This document shows positions 48,125 through 57,550 of a DNA stretch of 57,550 nucleotides, piece by piece. The DNA is from Candidatus Zixiibacteriota bacterium (GTDB lineage Bacteria; Zixibacteria; MSB-5A5; CAIYYT01). The stretch lies in contig JBECKX010000129.1 of NCBI GenBank assembly GCA_040235515.1, forward strand, positions 1 to 57,550, written 5' to 3'. Numbering within the stretch: position 1 is the first letter of the stretch; the number at the start of each line of letters is the position of its first letter. Made by a program: the position numbers and the translations under genes. The notes beneath the pieces are model-generated. The model searched no databases and was not told the origin of the DNA. It saw only the letters and a list, made by a program, of their open reading frames with translations.

Positions 48125-48151
48125 TAACTTGTTGGGGGACATTGCCGATAC
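48125..48151 (+). promoter_or_regulatory. Candidate sigma28-family promoter TAAC-N15-GCCGATAC
   Basis: Intergenic, about 80 nt upstream of the first CapK-like gene. Confidence 0.45.
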
Positions 48152-48229
48152 GAACAGTAGGGCAGTCTGATCGCGCAACCATACCTGCAGATTGTACCGG
48201 CAATTTCGGAGCACGCGGCGCATGGAGAG

Positions 48230-49591
48230 TTGATGTACGGCAAAATCGTCGAGCGAATTCTATATCCGTTGGTTACACGCTATCGCGGTAGCTCTGAACT
48301 GGCCATTCTCAGAGAATTGGAGAAGAGCCAATTCCTGAGTGAAGAACAACTGATCCGGCTGCGCCTGGAGCGCCTGCGCCGGTTGCTCAAGCACGCGCAT
48401 GAGAATGTACCGTTCCACCGCAAGCGTATTCGGGAGGCGGGGATCAACCCGGACTCGGTCAATAATCTTGACGTGCTCAAACAGCTCCCACTGATGACCA
48501 AGACAGATATTCAGCAGCACCGGCCAGAGCTTACGTCGATACAATTCTCCCGCTCAAAACTGATTGAGAACAGCACCGGCGGCTCCACCGGCCATCCGCT
48601 GCAGTTCTACCTGAGTAAGGAAAGCGTCGACGCCCGGCAGGCGGCAACCCTCAGGCACAATGCCTGGGCTGGTTACCGTGTCGGGGATAAGACGGCGATC
48701 ATCTGGGGGCATCAGCATGATCTTTCACTCTTCACTTCGTTGAAAGCACGCGTTCGCAACCGCTTGATCGACCGACAGCTCTTCTGCGACTCCGCAAGTT
48801 TCTCAGACGACGGTCTGCGCGCCTTCGCCGGGCAGCTTCGCAAATTCAAACCGGAGATTATTCTGGCCTATGCCAATTCGCTGGTGAGCATGATCGACTT
48901 CTTTGAGGATGCAGGCATCGAGTTACCCTCGCCCCGGTCTATCATCACATCGGCTGAGATACTCACTCCGGAGAATCGCCTCAGGATTGAACGCTATTTT
49001 CGGGCGCCGGTGTTCGATCGCTACGGGGCGCGGGAAACCTCAGTGATCGCTTCCGAGTGCACAGCGCACGAGGGAATGCACATCTGCGCGGAGAATCTGA
49101 TTGTTGAGTTCTTGAAATCTGATCGTGATGCGCAAATCGGCGAAGAGGGTGAAATCGTCGTAACCCAGTTGACGAATCTCGCTTTCCCCTTGATTCGTTA
49201 CCAGATCGGTGACATCGGGGCTCCTGCGCCCTCTGGTTGCACCTGCGGTGTGACCCTTCCGAAGATGCAGATGGTTGCGGGGCGCACGACAGACTTTCTG
49301 CTCGCACCCGATGGCAGACGAGTCTCCGGTGCTGCCCTGACCATTTATCTGGCGGCGAAGGTCAAGGGGATCAGGCAGGCGCAGATCGTCCAGCGGGAAT
49401 TGCGCAAACTCACCTTCAACCTGGTCCTGGGCCCGGAATTCGACGATGATTCACGGCGCCACATGAGCGAACGGGTAAACCATTTCTTCGGACCGGAGAT
49501 GAATTGGGAGATCAACCGACTCGATGAGATTCCCCGAGAATCTTCCGGCAAATATCGTTTTTCGATCTGTCAGGTCGCGGGTGTGAAGTAG
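48230..49591 (+). CDS. CapK/phenylacetate-CoA ligase-like adenylate-forming enzyme 1
   Basis: 'LPLMTK', 'STGGSTGHP', 'FDRYGARE', 'PLIRYQIGD', 'GRTTD', 'SGKYR'. Confidence 0.88.
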   Translation: MMYGKIVERILYPLVTRYRGSSELAILRELEKSQFLSEEQLIRLRLERLRRLLKHAHENVPFHRKRIREAGINPDSVNNLDVLKQLPLMTKTDIQQHRPELTSIQFSRSKLIENSTGGSTGHPLQFYLSKESVDARQAATLRHNAWAGYRVGDKTAIIWGHQHDLSLFTSLKARVRNRLIDRQLFCDSASFSDDGLRAFAGQLRKFKPEIILAYANSLVSMIDFFEDAGIELPSPRSIITSAEILTPENRLRIERYFRAPVFDRYGARETSVIASECTAHEGMHICAENLIVEFLKSDRDAQIGEEGEIVVTQLTNLAFPLIRYQIGDIGAPAPSGCTCGVTLPKMQMVAGRTTDFLLAPDGRRVSGAALTIYLAAKVKGIRQAQIVQRELRKLTFNLVLGPEFDDDSRRHMSERVNHFFGPEMNWEINRLDEIPRESSGKYRFSICQVAGVK

Positions 49592-49617
49592 GGGATGGCG
49601 GGAGTGATGCAGAACTG

Positions 49618-50991
49618 ATGGGACTGGCAGAATGGTTCGTGCGCAACATCGGTCATCCGCTCTGGTTGACTTACAAGGGAGAAACGGCCATCCTGAGCTG
49701 GCAGCGTCAGCTTGAGGAGCTCTTCACGGCAACGCGCGCCGATCTCGAAGCATGGCAATTGCAGAAGTTGCAGCGACTGCTTCATCATGCGGGCACCACC
49801 TCTCCATACTATCGCACGTTGTTCTCCGAGCGAAGCTTCGACTCCAGTAGAATAGACAGCCTGTCTCGGCTGCGCGACCTGCCGTTCATGACTAAAGAGA
49901 TTCTCAACCACCAGATGGAGCAGGTACTCTCTCACTCCTTCAAGCGCACACAGCTAACCGAGGCATCCACCGGTGGATCGTCAGGAATTCCGCTTACCTT
50001 CTATCGCGACCGAAACGTGACGACTGTGCGGCGGGCACAAGACTATTTCTTCAACGCAGCAATCGGAATCTATCCCGGCACGAAGCGCGCCTGGGTTTGG
50101 GGTTCTCCGATCGACGCTTTCAGCCTCGCCAAGCTGAAAGCTCGGATTGCTAATTTCCTCACCGAGCGGGCAGTTTACTTCTACAGTTTTGATGCGGACA
50201 GAGCACAGGTTCAGCAGTTCATGGAGCAACTGCGCAGGCATCACCCGGAGGTTGTGATTGCGTATCCCAATATGCTCTCCGAGATCGCCGAGGTAGCAAT
50301 GAGCCGGTCAGATGAGATTCCGCAGATAGACAAGGTAGTCGTGACCGCGGAGCCACTCTACGATTGGCATCGCGCGCTGTTCAAGCAGGTTTTCGGCGCC
50401 GATACTTACGAGCGCTATGGGTCACGCGAGATCGGCACGGTGGCCGCGCAATTGACTCCCGATTCCGCGATGGTCATTTGCGAACCTTCCTACATCATAG
50501 AAGTCGTCGATCAACAGAGAAAGCCGGTCGAAGCCGGGATGCTGGGAGAACTGGTTGTGACTGACCTCTTCAATCTGGCCATGCCGCTGATTCGCTACCG
50601 TACAGGCGACATGGTACGCGTCGGTACTCCGCAGCAAGGCAGTGGCACCTGCTGGCGTCCGCTCCTGGAGGTCGGAGGAAGGGTCGTGGATATGGTACAA
50701 CGCCGGGACGGGATGCGCATCGCGGGAGAAGCATTGATCATGGCGTTGCGGACAGCCGGAGTGCGCAGCAAAGTTCAAATCGTGCAGGAGAGTGCCACCA
50801 GGTTGAAACTGCTGCACTTACAGAATGATGCTCCCGAGTCCGGAGCGATGGAGAATTTCAAGCGCAGTGTTGCGGATTTGCTTCGGGGCGAAGTGGAGAT
50901 CACCCTCGAAGCAGTCCCTGAGTTGCCGCACGATAAGTCGGGAAAGTATCGCTACGTTACGAGCAGGTGCGGGAATGCAGCAGGAGCTTGA
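49618..50991 (+). CDS. CapK/phenylacetate-CoA ligase-like adenylate-forming enzyme 2
   Basis: 'LPFMTK', 'STGGSSGIP', 'YERYGSRE', 'PLIRYRTGD', 'GRVVD', 'SGKYR'; diverged paralog of the upstream gene. Confidence 0.88.
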   Translation: MGLAEWFVRNIGHPLWLTYKGETAILSWQRQLEELFTATRADLEAWQLQKLQRLLHHAGTTSPYYRTLFSERSFDSSRIDSLSRLRDLPFMTKEILNHQMEQVLSHSFKRTQLTEASTGGSSGIPLTFYRDRNVTTVRRAQDYFFNAAIGIYPGTKRAWVWGSPIDAFSLAKLKARIANFLTERAVYFYSFDADRAQVQQFMEQLRRHHPEVVIAYPNMLSEIAEVAMSRSDEIPQIDKVVVTAEPLYDWHRALFKQVFGADTYERYGSREIGTVAAQLTPDSAMVICEPSYIIEVVDQQRKPVEAGMLGELVVTDLFNLAMPLIRYRTGDMVRVGTPQQGSGTCWRPLLEVGGRVVDMVQRRDGMRIAGEALIMALRTAGVRSKVQIVQESATRLKLLHLQNDAPESGAMENFKRSVADLLRGEVEITLEAVPELPHDKSGKYRYVTSRCGNAAGA

Positions 50992-52105
50992 AACCGTGAC
51001 ACAGGCCACTGGAAGCATCGCTGACAGGCTCAAGAATATCCGCGTGCTGCTCGTTGGACCATCCCTCGAGATAATGGGTGGACAGTCAGTACAGCTTGAT
51101 CTGCTCCACCGTCACTTCAAGAATGAAGGAGCCACAGTCGACTTCCTCCCCGTGAATCCGGTGCCGTGGTGGCCGCTCAAGTATCTTCGTGCGATCAAGT
51201 ACGTCAGGACGGCAGTCGTCTCACTCTTCTACATCGCATCGTTGTTCCTGCGAGTCTGGCGCTATGATGTCGTGCATGTGTTTTCCGCCTCGTACCTCTC
51301 CTTTATCATCGCTCCAACTCCGGCGATCCTGATTGGTAAGCTGTTCGGGAGAAAGGTTATCCTCAACTACCGTTCCGGAGAAGCAAGAGACCACTTCCGG
51401 CGTTGGGGTAAGTCAATCTTCTGGATCATCAGACTCGCCGACAAAATTGTCGTACCGTCACAGTACCTCGTCGATGTTTTCCGGGAGTTCAATTTCAAAG
51501 CTGAGTTCATCTATAACATCGCCGAAGCGGGGGCTTTCAAGTTTCAGCCCGGATCCACTTGCCGAACCATAATTGTCCCACGCAACCTTGAACCTCTCTA
51601 CGATATCGAAACCGCGATCCGCGCTTTCAGCCGCATGCGCGAGAAAATGCCCGATCTTCAGCTTGTGGTGGTTGGTTCGGGCTCAGATGAAACCCGGTTG
51701 AAACAGATCGTCGTTCAAGAGGGTATTGAGCAGGTAACTTTCACTGGCAGGGTCGAGCGCAGTGAGATGCCGGAGCTTTTTGCAGCGGCGGACATCTTCC
51801 TCAACACTTCGGTCATCGATAATATGCCGGTCGCCATAGTAGAGGCATTTCATAGTGGATTGCCGGTTGTTACAACCGACGCCGGCGGAATACCATATAT
51901 CGTGGAAAATGAGGTTACCGGCCTGGTTGTTCCGATGCGGGATGTTCAAGCGGTTACCGTTGCCCTGGAACGGGTCATTACCGACGCGGAATTGCGAACC
52001 CGCCTGGTAGATAATGCCCGCGAATCAGCGCGTCAGTTCACCTGGGAGTCTGTCCGGTTTCAATGGGCGGACCTCTACGCCGGATTGGTGGAGGGTGATG
52101 AGTAA
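50975..52105 (+). CDS. Glycosyltransferase family 4
   Basis: 'GGQSVQ', 'RNLEPLYDI', 'DIFLNTSVIDNMPVAIVEAF..GLPVVTTDAGG'. Start moved to ATG 50975. Confidence 0.9.
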   Translation: MQQELETVTQATGSIADRLKNIRVLLVGPSLEIMGGQSVQLDLLHRHFKNEGATVDFLPVNPVPWWPLKYLRAIKYVRTAVVSLFYIASLFLRVWRYDVVHVFSASYLSFIIAPTPAILIGKLFGRKVILNYRSGEARDHFRRWGKSIFWIIRLADKIVVPSQYLVDVFREFNFKAEFIYNIAEAGAFKFQPGSTCRTIIVPRNLEPLYDIETAIRAFSRMREKMPDLQLVVVGSGSDETRLKQIVVQEGIEQVTFTGRVERSEMPELFAAADIFLNTSVIDNMPVAIVEAFHSGLPVVTTDAGGIPYIVENEVTGLVVPMRDVQAVTVALERVITDAELRTRLVDNARESARQFTWESVRFQWADLYAGLVEGDE

Positions 52106-54212
52106 ATTCGCCAAACTGATCAAGAAAGTCGCGGCGGGCGAATTCAGCGAGTTGAATCACCGAGCTCGCGAACAGATGATCGTTCGGAGTGAAAGGCGCC
52201 ACCACAAACGTGGAGACGATCTCTTCTCCGAGGCTGCGTTGCGGAACATCTTTACGGAGGAGTTCTTCTCGCGCCACACCTCCGGTGGGGCGTTTGCGTT
52301 CGCTGGCGCGGTAAAAGATCACGAGTATCCATTCTTTCCCGGCTTTGCCTACGCCTCGGAATTCCCGAACTGGCTGCGCAGCGACGGCCGCATATTGGAA
52401 CAGGAGATATTGAACCGCGCCGAGCACGTCTGCAGCGATCGGTTCACGATCTTCAGCCTCGGTTCCGTAAGCTATGGTTCACCGCCACGCTGGAACTACG
52501 ATCCGGTGAATCAGAAACAAGCGCCCGCGGGCTTCTACGCCGACCTGAAATTCCTGGACCAGGTAACTGTCGGAGACTCAAAACTGATCTGGGAGCTTTC
52601 GCGCTTCCAGTTCGTGTTCGACCTGGGACAGGCATATCTCCTGACCGGAAACGAGAAGTATCCGCGCAAATTCTTCGAGTTGATCTGCGATTGGAGCGAC
52701 AGCCACCCAGACTATGAGGGAATCGCGTATTGCTCTGCACTTGAGTTCGCCTTCCGGGTCCACTCGCTAATCTGGGGACTCGACTTTTTCCGCAACAGCC
52801 CGGAGTTGACCAATTCAGTCGCACGCGCAATCTATCGGCTGCTCCATCTTTCCGGAACATTCCTGGAGAATCACCTGTCTCGATACTTCGCACCCAACAC
52901 GCATTTGCTGGGAGAAGCCTGGGGATTGGCGTTGCTGGGGCTCTTGTTTCCAGAGTTTAGTCGCGCCGACTCCTGGTGGAATATGGGAATGGAGATAATC
53001 ATCGCCGAGTGCCGGAACCAATTTAATGACAGCGGATTCCACGCGGAGTTGTCGACCGCGTATCATGCCTATGCGCTGGAATTCTTGACCATACTGCGAC
53101 TGCTCGCTGATGCCCGCAACAGACGTACCGACTCTGATCTGCTTGTCACGATCCTGGAAGCACATCTGCAACTCGAATACCTGCAGCGGCCCGATGGCTT
53201 GTGGCCTCACATCGGGGACGAAGATGGTGGAAGGGTGCTCTTCTTGAGTCGGACGCCATCGCACGATTTTCGGCCTCTCCTGGAAGTTTGTGATGCACTG
53301 ATCGCACACAGAAGCCGGGTGGGAATCGTCGCGACGTACCCGGAGACATTCTTCCTGGTCGGACCCTCGACTCGTTCCAGTCGCATCGAGCAGGGGGAGA
53401 AACCGACCGTGCACATGAAAGACACCGACTACTGCGTACTGCGTGGTGAGGGCGGCCAATATCTCCTTTTCCAGGCCGGCAAGTTCGGACACCTGGAATG
53501 CCCACATTCTCACGCCGACATGTTGCAGGTAGATTTTTCGGTCGGTGACGACAATTTCATCGTCGATCCCGGTACCTTCGTCTACAGCGGTGACATCAAG
53601 CGCCGCAATCAGTATCGGTCAGGTGAAAACCACAATGGCCCCTTTGTCGAGGACTTCTATCTGAGTTCAGACCCATTTGCATGGCGTGAACAGATCGACT
53701 GCGAGGTAACAGAACTGGCAATCGACAGGCCGATTCAGAAGTGCGCCGGCTTGTATCGACTTGCAGGAAAGCAGGGCAGCACGACCGTTGGACGCCGAGT
53801 AGAGCATATCGGTCAGGGACTCTGGCAGATCACCGACGATATCGAGCTGCTCGGCCACTCGAGTGTGCGCTGGCGATTCACCTCCCCGTATCGAGTCGAA
53901 GAACGCGAGGGACAGTACACTATCCGAGGTGAGAGCGCCACCCTCTTGTTTGTGCCGGTGGCTATAACTGGGAAACTTGATACGGCAGTAGCTGAATCAC
54001 GCTATTCCCGCGACTACATGCAGGAGGACCCGGCGTCCGCGATTGTGGCGACTGCATCGGGTAGCGAAAGAATCGTGGTTGTCTGGCTGTTGGTCGTTGA
54101 GGAAAAAGGTGACGAGCACCGCCTCACGGTCGAGAGGAAAGCTGACGAGCTAATCGTTGTCAACAGCGCAGGGCACAAGTACCAACTTGAAATCAAACAG
54201 GTGAATCGTTGA
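52098..54212 (+). CDS. Heparinase II/III-family protein
   Basis: 'DSKLIWELSRFQ', 'NTHLLGEA', 'ELSTAYHAY', 'IGDEDGG', 'HSHADML', 'VDPGTFVY', 'HNG'. Start ATG 52098. Confidence 0.85.
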   Translation: MSKFAKLIKKVAAGEFSELNHRAREQMIVRSERRHHKRGDDLFSEAALRNIFTEEFFSRHTSGGAFAFAGAVKDHEYPFFPGFAYASEFPNWLRSDGRILEQEILNRAEHVCSDRFTIFSLGSVSYGSPPRWNYDPVNQKQAPAGFYADLKFLDQVTVGDSKLIWELSRFQFVFDLGQAYLLTGNEKYPRKFFELICDWSDSHPDYEGIAYCSALEFAFRVHSLIWGLDFFRNSPELTNSVARAIYRLLHLSGTFLENHLSRYFAPNTHLLGEAWGLALLGLLFPEFSRADSWWNMGMEIIIAECRNQFNDSGFHAELSTAYHAYALEFLTILRLLADARNRRTDSDLLVTILEAHLQLEYLQRPDGLWPHIGDEDGGRVLFLSRTPSHDFRPLLEVCDALIAHRSRVGIVATYPETFFLVGPSTRSSRIEQGEKPTVHMKDTDYCVLRGEGGQYLLFQAGKFGHLECPHSHADMLQVDFSVGDDNFIVDPGTFVYSGDIKRRNQYRSGENHNGPFVEDFYLSSDPFAWREQIDCEVTELAIDRPIQKCAGLYRLAGKQGSTTVGRRVEHIGQGLWQITDDIELLGHSSVRWRFTSPYRVEEREGQYTIRGESATLLFVPVAITGKLDTAVAESRYSRDYMQEDPASAIVATASGSERIVVVWLLVVEEKGDEHRLTVERKADELIVVNSAGHKYQLEIKQVNR

Positions 54213-54261
54213 TGTTCATGTCGGTGCGGAAACTTGTGGTCAAAGGCAGGCTGCTCTAAGC

Positions 54262-56178
54262 ATGTGCGGAATTTGTGGTATTGTTTATAAGGAAAAGAAC
54301 CGCCGGGTTGATCCCGCTCTGGTGACCGCGATGACCGAAGCTATCCGCCACCGTGGCCCGGATGATTCCGGTCAATTCATTCGAGATAATGTCGGACTCG
54401 GGCACCGACGCCTCTCGATCGTCGATCTCAAGTTAGGGCATCAGCCGATGTCCGATCTGTCTGAAAAGCACTGGATAACCTATAACGGCGAGGTCTACAA
54501 CCACACCGACCTGCGCACAGAACTGCTCGACAAGGGCTATCGCTACCGCACCAACTGCGATACCGAATCAATCATCCATGCCTTCGCCGAATATGGTCCC
54601 GCCGCGCTGCATCGACTGCGAGGCATGTATGCCTTCGCCATCTACGACACCACGAATGATAGCCTCTTTCTCGCGCGCGATCGACTCGGTATCAAACCGC
54701 TCTACTATGTCGATACTGCTGAGTTTTTCGCCTTTGCATCCGAGATCAAAGCCCTGCTGAAGGTACCGGGGATCACCCCCACTCTCAACCGCAGCGCGTT
54801 GGCTCAGATCCTGGCACTGAAGTACACGTCAGATGACAGCACGCTCTTTGCCGGCATTCGCAAGCTGGAGCCGGCGCACTACCTCGAGCTAAAAAACGGC
54901 GTTGTGAGTATAGCGCGCTACTGGGACTGCAACGCCATCACGGTCAATGAAGATATTACTGAGGCAGAAGCGACTACCCGCATCCGTGAGCTGTTCGATG
55001 AATCAGTGCGCCTGCGGCTGATGGCCGACGTGCCGCTCGGGATGTTCCTCTCCGGCGGACTGGATTCGACAATCATCGCTGTACGCATGGCGAAGATGGT
55101 GGAGCAACGGATATCCACGTTTTCGGTCGCATTCGCCGAACGGGAAGCGAACGAATTGAAGTACGCTCGTCTGGCGGCGAAACATGCCGACGCGGATCAG
55201 CACGAGGTGACAATGTCGACCGCCGACTTCTTCGATTTGCTCCCACGGATGATCTATCACGAAGACGAACCGATCGCACACCCATCGTCAGTCGCTCTTC
55301 ACAAAGTCTCTCAGCTTGCCGCCAAACATGTGAAGGTCGTCCTCACCGGTGAAGGTTCCGATGAGTTGTTTGGCGGATATGAGCGCTACTACCAGACGCT
55401 GTACAACCTGCACGCCGCTCGAGTCATCCCGAAGTCGTTGCGGCGGGGAGTACTAAGGCCACTGCTGGATGCTCTGCCATACAAGTTTCCGCTGCGGAAC
55501 AAAGCCGTGCGCACGACTGCCTACCTCGATGCAGATCTGCAGACGATTTTTCTCGATAACTACTCCACCTTCTCGCGTCAGCGACTGCTGAATCTCTTGC
55601 AGGGCTCGAACTGGAGTGATATAGACGCTCTCTCCGTCTATTCGAGCGTTAATGCTCATACCGATAATGCCGGCTATCGTGATCTGCTGCCGCGGCTGCT
55701 TTACACCGATATCAAAACTTACCTGGTTGAGCTGCTGATGAAACAGGATCAGATGTCGATGGCGGCATCAATCGAGTCGCGTGTGCCATTTCTCGATCAC
55801 CAGCTGGTGGAGTTCGCTTTCAGCCTGCCGGATCGCCTCAAGATTAAGCGATTCGCGACCAAACGCATCCTGCGCATGGCATTTGGTCAGCAGATCCCAG
55901 CCGAAATCCTGCATCGCCCGAAGGAGGGTTTTCCGGTTCCGATTAAACGTTGGTTTGCGGGAGAATACCACGACAGCGTGCGCAGCCTCATCATGGCCGA
56001 TGATTCATTCTGCGGAAACGAATTCGATCGCAACCAGATCAGCCAGTACTTCGACCTGCATCGAGCCGGCAAATACAATTACTCCGACCAGATCTGGACC
56101 CTGCTGAACCTGGAGCTGTGGCACAAGATATTCATCGCCGGAGCGGATCCTGCGAGCCTGCGGATTGCATCACCATGA
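54262..56178 (+). CDS. asnB: Asparagine synthase-like glutamine amidotransferase (polysaccharide-associated)
   Basis: 'MCGICG', 'HRGPD', 'GHRRLSIVD', 'NGEVYN', 'FLSGGLDS', 'LTGEGSDELFGGY', 'ESRVPFLD', 'KEGF'. Confidence 0.93.
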   Translation: MCGICGIVYKEKNRRVDPALVTAMTEAIRHRGPDDSGQFIRDNVGLGHRRLSIVDLKLGHQPMSDLSEKHWITYNGEVYNHTDLRTELLDKGYRYRTNCDTESIIHAFAEYGPAALHRLRGMYAFAIYDTTNDSLFLARDRLGIKPLYYVDTAEFFAFASEIKALLKVPGITPTLNRSALAQILALKYTSDDSTLFAGIRKLEPAHYLELKNGVVSIARYWDCNAITVNEDITEAEATTRIRELFDESVRLRLMADVPLGMFLSGGLDSTIIAVRMAKMVEQRISTFSVAFAEREANELKYARLAAKHADADQHEVTMSTADFFDLLPRMIYHEDEPIAHPSSVALHKVSQLAAKHVKVVLTGEGSDELFGGYERYYQTLYNLHAARVIPKSLRRGVLRPLLDALPYKFPLRNKAVRTTAYLDADLQTIFLDNYSTFSRQRLLNLLQGSNWSDIDALSVYSSVNAHTDNAGYRDLLPRLLYTDIKTYLVELLMKQDQMSMAASIESRVPFLDHQLVEFAFSLPDRLKIKRFATKRILRMAFGQQIPAEILHRPKEGFPVPIKRWFAGEYHDSVRSLIMADDSFCGNEFDRNQISQYFDLHRAGKYNYSDQIWTLLNLELWHKIFIAGADPASLRIASP

Positions 56179-57398
56179 AAGTGCTCTGGATAAAATCAGA
56201 TTTTCCCCTCCCTGCTGATACGGGTGGAAAAATCAGGACGCTGAATCTGCTCAAGGAACTGGCCGCACGCTGCGAGTTGACTTTCTTAAGCTACGCGCCA
56301 CCGGAACTGGAGCACCGCTGGTTCGATCAGTTGAGGGGCTACGGGATCAGGGTCGAGACCCTGCTTCGTCCGGAGGAAAGAAAGAGTGGTTTGCTGTTCC
56401 CGTTGCGAGTCCTCTCCCGCCTCGGATCGGCCCGACCCTACATCGCCAACAAGTATATCACCAAAGAGATGACCACTCGCATCAAAGAGCTTTCGCGACC
56501 GGAATCGAATGATATCGCCGTCTGCGACTTCCTGGAGATGGCGTGGTGCCTCGACTACATCCAGGCAATTCCGCGCGTCCTGTTTGAGCACAACGTCGAG
56601 ACGATGATATGGCGCCGCTATCACGAGGTCGAACGCAACCCGCTGAAGCGGGCTTATTTCTCATTCGAGAAGAATCGGATGAAACGATTCGAACGCGAGT
56701 CGTGTCGCAAGTCAGATCATGTGCTGACTGTCTCGGCCAACGATGGTAAGTTGCTTCAGGAACAGTTCGATCTGCAGGGGTTCACTGAGATTCCCACGGG
56801 AGTCGATACAGAGTTCTTCGCGCCGCAGCCGGGAGAAGTTGAAGGCCGGGTAGTCTTCTGCGGGAGCATGGACTGGATGCCCAACATCGACGGATTCTGG
56901 TGGTTCTATCGCGATATCCTGCCACGACTGCGCGAACTGATGCCGTCGGTCTCCTTCTCCGTGGTTGGGCGACGTCCGGGGGAGGATATCGTCTCTACCC
57001 GGAACGCAGAAACAGGGATTGAAATTACCGGTACGGTATCTGATGTCCGACCTCACGTCGCGGCCGGGCAGCTTTATGTCGTTCCATTGAGGGTTGGGGG
57101 AGGCACGAGGATTAAGATCTATGAAGCGATGGCGATGAAACGCTGTGTGTTGAGCACGTCGATCGGTGCGGAGGGGTTACCGTTGGAACCAGGTAAGCAG
57201 ATCGTGATCGCGGATGACCCGCTGGAGTTCGCCGAAAAAGCAAACGAGTTGTTGCGCGATCCCGATAAACGACATAGAATTGCCGAAGCCGGTCACAAGC
57301 TGGTGACCGAAAACTTCAGTTGGCGTAACGCCGCCGATAAGCTAGAGACCGCGTTGCAGAAGGTACTCAGTATGACCCAGAGAGCAGATCAGAAATAA
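56175..57398 (+). CDS. Glycosyltransferase family 4 (similar to PEP-CTERM/EPS-associated sugar transferases)
   Basis: 'PLPADTGGKIRT', 'FEHNVE', 'GSMDWMPNIDG', 'PLRVGGGTRIKIYEAMAM'. Start ATG 56175. Confidence 0.9.
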   Translation: MKVLWIKSDFPLPADTGGKIRTLNLLKELAARCELTFLSYAPPELEHRWFDQLRGYGIRVETLLRPEERKSGLLFPLRVLSRLGSARPYIANKYITKEMTTRIKELSRPESNDIAVCDFLEMAWCLDYIQAIPRVLFEHNVETMIWRRYHEVERNPLKRAYFSFEKNRMKRFERESCRKSDHVLTVSANDGKLLQEQFDLQGFTEIPTGVDTEFFAPQPGEVEGRVVFCGSMDWMPNIDGFWWFYRDILPRLRELMPSVSFSVVGRRPGEDIVSTRNAETGIEITGTVSDVRPHVAAGQLYVVPLRVGGGTRIKIYEAMAMKRCVLSTSIGAEGLPLEPGKQIVIADDPLEFAEKANELLRDPDKRHRIAEAGHKLVTENFSWRNAADKLETALQKVLSMTQRADQK

Positions 57399-57417
57399 CC
57401 CGGGGGATCACAGGACG

Positions 57418-57550
57418 ATGAAGATATCAATATTCGGGATGGGTTACGTCGGGGCAGTGACCGCTGCCTGTCTGGCACGGGAGGGACACCAGATCGTCGG
57501 GGTCGACATTAGCCGCGACAAAGTCGAGCAGTTGACCAACGGCCAGAGTC
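57418..57550 (+). CDS. UDP-glucose/GDP-mannose dehydrogenase family protein (AlgD-like), 3'-truncated
   Basis: Translates as MKISIFGMGYVGAVTAACLAREGHQIVGVDISRDKVEQLTNGQS (GxGxxG Rossmann motif). Not in the ORF track. Confidence 0.85.
   Translation, partial: MKISIFGMGYVGAVTAACLAREGHQIVGVDISRDKVEQLTNGQS

Overview
Gene-dense, moderately GC-rich bacterial chromosome segment. A PorX/PorY-like pair and a TonB-dependent receptor with carboxypeptidase-like N-terminal modules suggest an FCB-superphylum Gram-negative, possibly Zixibacteria-like (inference only). In order: (i) the end of a polysaccharide locus (SLBB export protein, WbpD/WbpE/WbpI-like enzymes, CapD-like dehydratase); (ii) serS, PorY-like kinase, PorX-like REC-PglZ, tsaE, tsaB-rimI fusion, accD, folC; (iii) a cytoplasmic signalling cluster (GAF kinase, REC-GAF-GAF kinase, CPA2 antiporter, NtrC-family activator, sigma54 promoter, degenerate GGDEF with intact RxxD, lone REC, orphan ORF); (iv) a minus-strand block (GT-C glycosyltransferase, YbhG/F/S/R-type ABC exporter, GlcD-like oxidase, FmdB, pta, frameshifted prfB); (v) rlmN, a dense cluster of unrelated REP-like palindromes plus a 27-bp tandem repeat, DUF4256, tRNA-Leu(CAG); (vi) NHL lipoprotein and TonB-dependent receptor, smpB, amidase, murI, rdgB; (vii) an exopolysaccharide locus (Wzy/O-antigen ligase-like, methyltransferase, polyferredoxin, two CapK-like adenylating enzymes, GT4s, heparinase II/III-like, AsnB, truncated nucleotide-sugar dehydrogenase). 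The best candidates for new biology are a possible sigma28-like > NtrC/sigma54 > c-di-GMP-effector cascade tied to the EPS locus, a translationally coupled porY-porX-like pair, the multi-family REP cluster with a possibly coding His-rich repeat, and recurrent leaderless promoters. All family calls come from motif recognition by eye; no searches were run.
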